From NCBI RefSeq assembly GCF_009914755.1, contig NC_060935.1: a DNA stretch of 64,000 nt; one strand, written 5' to 3'. The notes beneath the pieces are model-generated. The model saw only the letters and a list, made by a program, of their open reading frames with translations. It made no database searches and was not told where the DNA came from. This document shows positions 56,645 through 64,000 of the stretch, in pieces (position 1 is the first letter of the stretch; every line of letters begins with the position of its first letter). Source of the stretch: the human T2T-CHM13v2.0 reference genome, Homo sapiens. Made by a program: the position numbers and the translations under genes.

Positions 56645-59600
56645 GTAAGAAATGTTTTTACCTATTTTCTAACGATTAAAGTAAAAATAACAATATGATA
56701 TATTTCTGAGATTTTTAGATTAAGCTGATTATATGTAACCATTAAATAAAATTTTGGAGACCAACCACAAATGGGTTAGATATTTTCATGAGGGTTAATC
56801 CCTGCTCTCCTTCCCTTAGTTTAAGCAAATCTAACTTTTTAATAAAACTATAAGTCTAGTATCGTATCTTGCTAGATGCATATTGGAGCATTTTTATGCT
56901 GATATTGATGAGTAAATAAATGCATACATTTATGTAATTATTTTAATATATGATTTTCACAAACTGAAATGTGTTTTTTTACCATGTTTTGTTTTTTGGC
57001 TAGATAGGGGATTCAAACTCAGTAGTTTTAAAGTTGTTTACAATCATTTTTAAATTTCGGTTGTTTGTACTTGTCAGTGACTCCAAGGACTGAACAGCAA
57101 AAAGAAAAAATAGAGAGGATTGGGGATGGAAGTTAATTAGGAAAGAAATGGTTATTCCATAAATAGAAGTTTAGAATGCAGATTTTGGAGGAAGGAAAAA
57201 AGGTTTCAGAATTTGAAATACTTATTGCATTTTCTCAGTACAAAAGGAATGATTTTCTTACATACCTATTTTTATGTATTTAAAATTTTAATAGAAACAG
57301 TTTGGAGGTAAGCCCCTTCATGTAAAAGAGATTTTAAAAATCCAGTCCAGAACAGTTTTATGCTAGTTTTGTTTAACATGGATTTTGTGATTTTTAAGTA
57401 TTGGAAATTTCACTTTCAGAATCAAGTCCGTCGAGAGATTAAGTTTACTGTCCAGGCATTGCCATGGATAAGTATTCTTACTGTTGCACTGTTCTTGCTG
57501 GAGATAAGAGGTTACAGCAAATTACATGATGACCTAGGAGAGTTTCCATATGGTAAGTAAATAACACGAGTGTCAGGAAGAGAGTAGTCTAAGCACAGGT
57601 TAGTTTCCTTAAAAAAACAAGTCTGCCCTTTTTTTTTTCATCTTTTAAAATAATTACAAATTATTCAGTTGTTTTTTAATGTTCTATTTTCATGTGTTCA
57701 TGTCTTGCCACATGTGCATTTCTTTAGTTTTTCTATCAATCTGAAAGTCTGCTGTAGATGAGATTGTGTCTGGCGGAAGATTGGAGTGATCAGAGATGGG
57801 TCCTTGCATTTGTTTTCTATTAATTATTGAATTCAACCTTCTAAAAAAAACTTGAGTAGCTTATGTCATTGCTGAAAGTTAAAAACAGATTTTTAAAATG
57901 CATTATTCTGCTTCTTAGAAACTGTAACTCTTCTGGCATACAACCACCCACTTTTCTGTGCCTGTATACTTCATTGTTTACATTACACAAATGAAGTCCT
58001 GAGGTGCATAGTGGTTTGGGCTCTGAATTTTGTTTCTCTTAGCAACTTACATGGTTGTATTTTCATGTCAAAAAAATCTTGAGATTATGTAATATATTAG
58101 TCATAGTACTGTGCGGATATTCATAAGTTATGTAAATGATACCTAATTGTTAGACCTTCAGATTGTTACTCTTTTTTGTATTATAAACAGCCCTGTAGTG
58201 AGTAAACTTTTGTGAAATTCTGAAACTTTTTCAAGATACATTTCTAGGATCTAGTATGTAAAAAGCAAGAATCATAGTATTTATTGAAGGCTGATATGTG
58301 TCAGTGACAGTTCTCAGCTCTTCACAAGAATCAGTCCATTGTTTTCCTACAATTCTATGAGATAGGTACTATCACTGTGCTCCTTTTATAGGTGAGTCAA
58401 TGAGGTGTACAGAGAGTTTCAGTAACGAGTTGGTGGTAGATCTGAGACTTGGACTCAGGCTTGCAGGCACCAGCACCCCCACACTTTAAGTAAGAAGTTA
58501 GTTATTGCCGGGCGCGGTGGCTCAATCCTGTAATCCCAGCACTTTGGGAGACCGAGGTAGGAGGATCACGAGGTCAGGAGTATGAGACCATCCTGGCCAA
58601 CATGGTGAAACCCCATCTCTACTAAAATACAAAAAATTAGCGGGGTGTGGTGGTGCACACCTGTAGTCCCAGCTACTCAGGAGGGTGAGGCAGGAGAATC
58701 CCTTGAACCTGGGAGGCAGAGATTGCGCCACTGCACTCCAGCCTGGGCGACAGAGCGAGACTCCGTCTCAAAAAAAAAAAAGAAAAAAAAAGTCAGTTAT
58801 TCAGAAGAAGGAACAAAAAATTATATACTAGAGTAATGAATTGGCTGGGCTTTGAAAAATGGATATGATTATGAGTTAAAATAAAGGGAGAGAGGACATT
58901 TTAGGTTCTTGAACCCCTATGATGAAAGATACAGAGGTAAAACTTCCAAGACAGTGGGAGGACATTGAGTAAACCTGCCTGGTTAGAGTAGAAATACAGG
59001 AGTGATGAGGTTGGAAAGATCCGAAAGGGGTGGAGTATGGAATAAATGCTAAATTTAAAGTATTTAGTGGAAAGTATATTTTAAGCAGGGAGATAATGTG
59101 TAAAGATGGGTTTTAGGAAGATTAATATGAAGGAAGTGATGATTCCCAGAGATTTAAATAATAAAGATGTCTTAGGAGTATCCTGTCTCACAAATATCTT
59201 TATAGTTTAATTAAGAAGTACTTTAGGTAGAACATTTCAAGTACTTATGCGAGGGAAATGAGGAAATGACCAGATTCCAAGAAGCCAAGAGAGATTAGTT
59301 TATAATATACTGAATTAGCCAGAACAGATCATTTATAATGTTTGAGTCTAGGATCCCATTTTGCACTCAGATGGACATGTGAAAAGTGAACTCTAATCCC
59401 AGGAGCTGAGTTTTGATTCTTCTGTTTCCCGTTTTCTTTTCTAGGATTGTTTGAACTTGTCGTTAGTATAATATCTTTCCTCTTTTTCACTGACATGTTC
59501 ATCTACTGGATTCACAGAGGCCTTCATCATAGACTGGTATATAAGGTAAAGTCATTTGTGGTGAAAAGAGAAAAAAGGTTACACATTTCAGCAATGTATG

Positions 59601-60571
59601 ATTATAAATTCTGTTCTCTATTTCCAAGAATTTCCTCTACCCATATTAAATGTCTAAGTAGCCATAATCATAACAGGTACAGGGTGCATTTTGTTCATAT
59701 TCTTCTTTATGGGTCTAAGGGGCTGTCTTAAAATTCGTCTGTTCCGGTAACAGGTACACATGGACTTACAGAGGGAACAATAGACATTAGAGACTCCAGA
59801 AGGTGGGAGGATGGGAGAGGAGTGAGGGATGAGACGCTCCCTATTGGGTACAATGTGCACTCTTCAGGTGCTAGGTACACTAAAAGCCAGACTTCACCAC
59901 TGTGCAGTATATCCATGGAACACCACTGCACTTGTACTCATAAATCCATATAAAATTATACTGTTTTAGGGCGAAGAAGGACATTTTATAGAATAAATAA
60001 TTTTGCTGATCTCTACAGGATTTGTTAGGTTGTTTCCAACATGAGTGTGAGAAGCTAAGTTGAATGTTGCACGGGGTAAAGTTTGCAGTGCTAATTGTGT
60101 CCTTTTCTCCTGCAGCGCCTACATAAACCTCACCATATTTGGAAGATTCCTACTCCATTTGCAAGTCATGCTTTTCACCCTATTGATGGCTTTCTTCAGA
60201 GTCTACCTTACCATATATACCCTTTTATCTTTCCATTACACAAGGTGGTTTATTTAAGTCTGTACATCTTGGTTAATATCTGGACAATTTCCATTCATGA
60301 CGGTGATTTTCGTGTCCCCCAAATCTTACAGCCATTTATTAATGGCTCAGCTCATCATACAGACCACCATATGTTCTTTGACTATAATTATGGACAATAT
60401 TTCACTTTGTGGGATAGGATTGGCGGCTCATTCAAAAATCCTTCATCCTTTGAGGGGAAGGGACCGCTCAGTTATGTGAAGGAGATGACAGAGGGAAAGC
60501 GCAGCAGCCATTCAGGAAATGGCTGTAAGAATGAAAAATTATTCAATGGAGAGTTTACAAAGACTGAATAG
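56435..60571 (+). CDS. SC5D: Sterol-C5-desaturase (lathosterol oxidase), spliced CDS join(56435..56644,57420..57552,59445..59545,60116..60571), 299 aa
   Basis: Four GT-AG-bounded exons sum to 900 nt in frame. Protein runs [26 protein letters not shown]...[11 protein letters not shown], with the fatty-acid hydroxylase/sterol desaturase His-boxes HRGLH, HKPHH and HHTDHH. It matches the human SC5D protein as I recall it. Confidence 0.97.
57420..57552 (+). CDS. SC5D: SC5D coding exon 3 (133 nt)
   Basis: cactttcag|AATCAAGTC acceptor; encodes [44 protein letters not shown]; donor TATG|gtaagt. Confidence 0.96.
58507..58791 (+). mobile_element. Alu (AluSc/Y-like) in intron 3
   Basis: GGATCACGAGGTCAGGAG diagnostic deletion; TSD AAGTTAGTTATT/AAGTCAGTTATT. 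Confidence 0.92.
59445..59545 (+). CDS. SC5D: SC5D coding exon 4 (101 nt), first His-box
   Basis: Polypyrimidine tract ttttcttttctag|GA; encodes [33 protein letters not shown]; donor AAG|gtaaa. Confidence 0.96.
59745..59955 (+). mobile_element. L1 3'-end fragment in intron 4
   Basis: GGTACACTAAAAGCCAGACTTCACCACT L1PB/MA-type 3' UTR motif. Confidence 0.7.
60116..60571 (+). CDS. SC5D: SC5D last coding exon 5 (456 nt to TAG)
   Basis: ccttttctcctgcag|CGCCTACATAAACCTCACCAT (RLHKPHH); contains HHTDHH and [12 protein letters not shown]; stop TAG ends at 60571. Confidence 0.96.
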   Translation, partial: RLHKPHHIWKIPTPFASHAFHPIDGFLQSLPYHIYPFIFPLHKVVYLSLYILVNIWTISIHDGDFRVPQILQPFINGSAHHTDHHMFFDYNYGQYFTLWDRIGGSFKNPSSFEGKGPLSYVKEMTEGKRSSHSGNGCKNEKLFNGEFTKTE

Positions 60572-62154
60572 ATTATTGCCCAGTTATTCTTAAGTAAGGA
60601 CAAAGAAGGAAATATCATCGTATTTCTTTTTTTTAATAAGGAAAAAATAATATCCATACAGTCAAGATACATAGTAAATGGTATCATTTGGAAATCAGCA
60701 TCGTGGGCACTGCTGAGGAATGATCCTAGTGGTAGGTCAGAAGAAGATGCTGTGAACACCAGGACTTTAATCTTATGCTTAAAATGCCAGATGTTGTTCG
60801 GGGGACAACTTGTATCTTTCTAGCAGCAGATCTGTAGTTTGTATAGCCTCAACAACAATTTTAAATAAGATGGAGAATAAATTATTGAGGGGACTAGGCT
60901 ATATGCATTTGCCTTCATCCACCCATGTTTATTAAGAATCATTGTGCTTAATAATACCAAGACTAAGCACCATAACCAAGAAATACTAATGTAAAGATTG
61001 TTTCTTGTTTCAGGAATGGTTAATTCTTCAACGTTGGTATGATAATGATAACTTGTTTTGACTTGAATAAAGTACTACATCAGTGTGGAAAAAAATTCTG
61101 ATACATTAGCAGCTATGTAAATGACCTAATTGATAGCAGGTGTAATAAGACTATCGTCTTCCTACACATAGGAGGCTCATTCTCTGGACACACTATCACC
61201 TATTACATTTTACTGATTAACAAATAAATTGGAATTTAAAAATATCGATATCACCATGATTTAATCCAGATCTGGGATTATGTAGCTAAACATTGTGATG
61301 ATTATTATTTAAAACCATTATTTAATAAGAGTAAAAATATGTGAATCTGGATATATTTAAAAAAAGAAATTTGATGCCCAGATAATATATTAGGCACTAC
61401 TGATTTTTTAGTTAAATTGATGCACTACACTTTTGATGTTTGAAGTTACAAACCTGTAATTTTTTTGTAAAGGAAATAATTGCCAAATACCTAGGCCCAT
61501 TGCTGACGATTAGTTCTAAAATCTTATTCCTCCTCTTCTCCCCTCACTTTTCCCTACTTCCTCTGCAAAAAGATTTAACAAATACATTCATAAGGAAATG
61601 TGTGTTGTAACAAATATATTGCAAAAACATAGTTTGTAAAGGCATTCTATAAGCTATTTATGTAAAATCAATAAAAGTTGATCATAATTAAACTGTATCA
61701 GTTGAGTATTATAGCAGCACAAAGTATTCTTTGTACAGATTTTGTGCCAATTTGAAGCCACAGAAATGATGTGGATTGTTAATTGTGTTTTAGAACATCC
61801 CCGGACACTCAGTGTCACAGGGGGAAAGAAGTGGGTACCACATTCTGTTTATATTTCACATTTTAACTAGATTTGAGTGTTTTTAGCAAGAAATCAGTCT
61901 TAAAATCTAATGTCTGGGATCCAGAAGAAAATGTCTTTAATCTGTGAGTTATTGTCACAATGTCATCTTATTTAAATGTACCAATTAGCATTTTGTAATA
62001 GGCAAATGTCATTTAGTGCTTTTCACCAATCCCACTCACCCCCGGTGCTCCGCCTTGCCTAAGAAAAAGAAATTAAGGAGAAGTAAACTTTATTTCCTAA
62101 TATAATGTCAGCTGATATTTATTGAGCTTTTCCTCTTTGCCCAGAGACTAGGAC

Positions 62155-62510
62155 CCAAAGAAGTTAAGTAACTATTCCCAGGTTTATTTCTCTCTCATAT
62201 GATGTCCCATGTGGATGTTTGTGGTCAGTGGACAGCTTTCCACCTAGTCTTTCTGCGACCCAGGCTCCTTCCTCTTGGGGCTCTGCCTTTCTCTCAGTCC
62301 ATAGAGCCCTCTTTGTTGAAAGAGCACATAGGAAAAGAAGGAAAAGTCTGTGTGGAAAATGTTTCTGGGTCAGGCCTGGAAGTGGTGCATATCTCTTCCG
62401 CCCATGTTCCTTTGGACAGAACTCCGTCACATGGCCCACCTAGAGAGATTTTGGGAAATGTGTCCAGCTGTGTGCCTGGGAGGAAGGGGGCACCATTTTC
62501 TTGAGCAGCT
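62155..62510 (-). mobile_element. Old MLT1 (MaLR) LTR remnant
   Basis: GACCCAGGCTCCTTCC and GGCCTGGAAGTGG...GGGAAATGTGTCCAGCTGTGTGCC motifs. Confidence 0.6.
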
Positions 62511-63344
62511 AGACAGTTTGCCGTATTTGTGGTGTTCTCCTCTTGTTGATGTTGAAATGGTGAATGAGCCATAAAGTATTTCAGGTTATCCACACACTAA
62601 TCATCTCAGTGTCTTTAATTCTTAACTCCAATATGAATGTTTAAAGCTTCCTCTAGATTCTTATTCCTATATAACTAATAGAGAAGAAAGGACAGCTTCC
62701 TATGGGGAAGACAGAGGCTTCCTCATAGATGTTAGGAATAATCAAACTTGCCCCTGCCCTTTCACCCGTCTCAAATTCTGGTCTTTTAAAGCAGCGTTAT
62801 GTTAAGTAGTCCTAACATTGTAATATACAGTACTGCCACATTCTCCTACTTTCTATTAGAGGAAGTCAGAGAATATTTATGGAAGTGAGGACCCAAATTA
62901 CCTTCTACAGATGACTTTTATAGTTACAGGACAGAAAGTGAAAATCAAGGTTACGTTTTCTACTTTTGTGGTAGAAATTGAGAAGTGGGTGGATATGGTT
63001 CGAGAAGACCTTTCAGAAACACAGAGACTGAGTCTTTGTCTTCCATGCTGTCTCTGCAGTACTGAGTGAATTTCCTTATACCCTTGTATCATGTTTTCCT
63101 CCCATCTTCTAGAAGCTGGGGACAGATTTGGAAGAGAATTACACAAGTTCAGTTTTTTGATACATGGATTTTACAGTGCATGCAGGTTATTTATGTAGAG
63201 AGGAGGTCTGGGAGAAAGATGGAAACTAGGGAGATGACTGAGAACAAAGATATTTGGGATTAACACAGATAGAAGAAAAGTTTGAAACCATGAGATTGTC
63301 ACAGCATGAAAAAAGATATTCAAAGACACTAACCAACTTGAGGG

Positions 63345-64000
<656 letters not shown>

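Noticed and set aside
60551-60571. C-terminal di-lysine ER-retrieval signal in SC5D (EFTKTE)
   Set aside because: Only one lysine, at -3; does not fit KKxx or KxKxx.

Overview
Eukaryotic (primate, most likely human) genomic DNA. The right third holds the complete coding region of SC5D (sterol-C5-desaturase / lathosterol oxidase) on the + strand. It has a CpG-island promoter near 45.6-46.3 kb with two candidate non-coding first exons. Four GT-AG coding exons (210+133+101+456 nt = 900 nt) encode 299 aa with the three His-boxes, followed by a 3' UTR with several AATAAA signals. The left 45 kb is intergenic and mostly transposable elements: Alu, L1, L2/MIR, Tigger, MaLR, ERV1 and ERVK LTRs. It also contains a diverged RPS4X-type processed pseudogene and a deeply nested cluster: old L1 > Tigger3 > near full-length L1PB-type element (> Alu, LTR14) plus a two-LTR, internally deleted HML-6 (LTR3/HERVK3) provirus. 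Most ORFs in the supplied track are repeat-derived or chance. I see no new multi-gene system. The best second-look items are an unidentified TSD-flanked retrocopy, an apparent spliced 5' transduction on the L1PB element, an inverted duplication at a Tigger1 end, and a strong-Kozak uORF specific to the downstream SC5D first exon. Repeat subfamily names come from my recall of consensus sequences, not from a database search, and many repeat boundaries are approximate.
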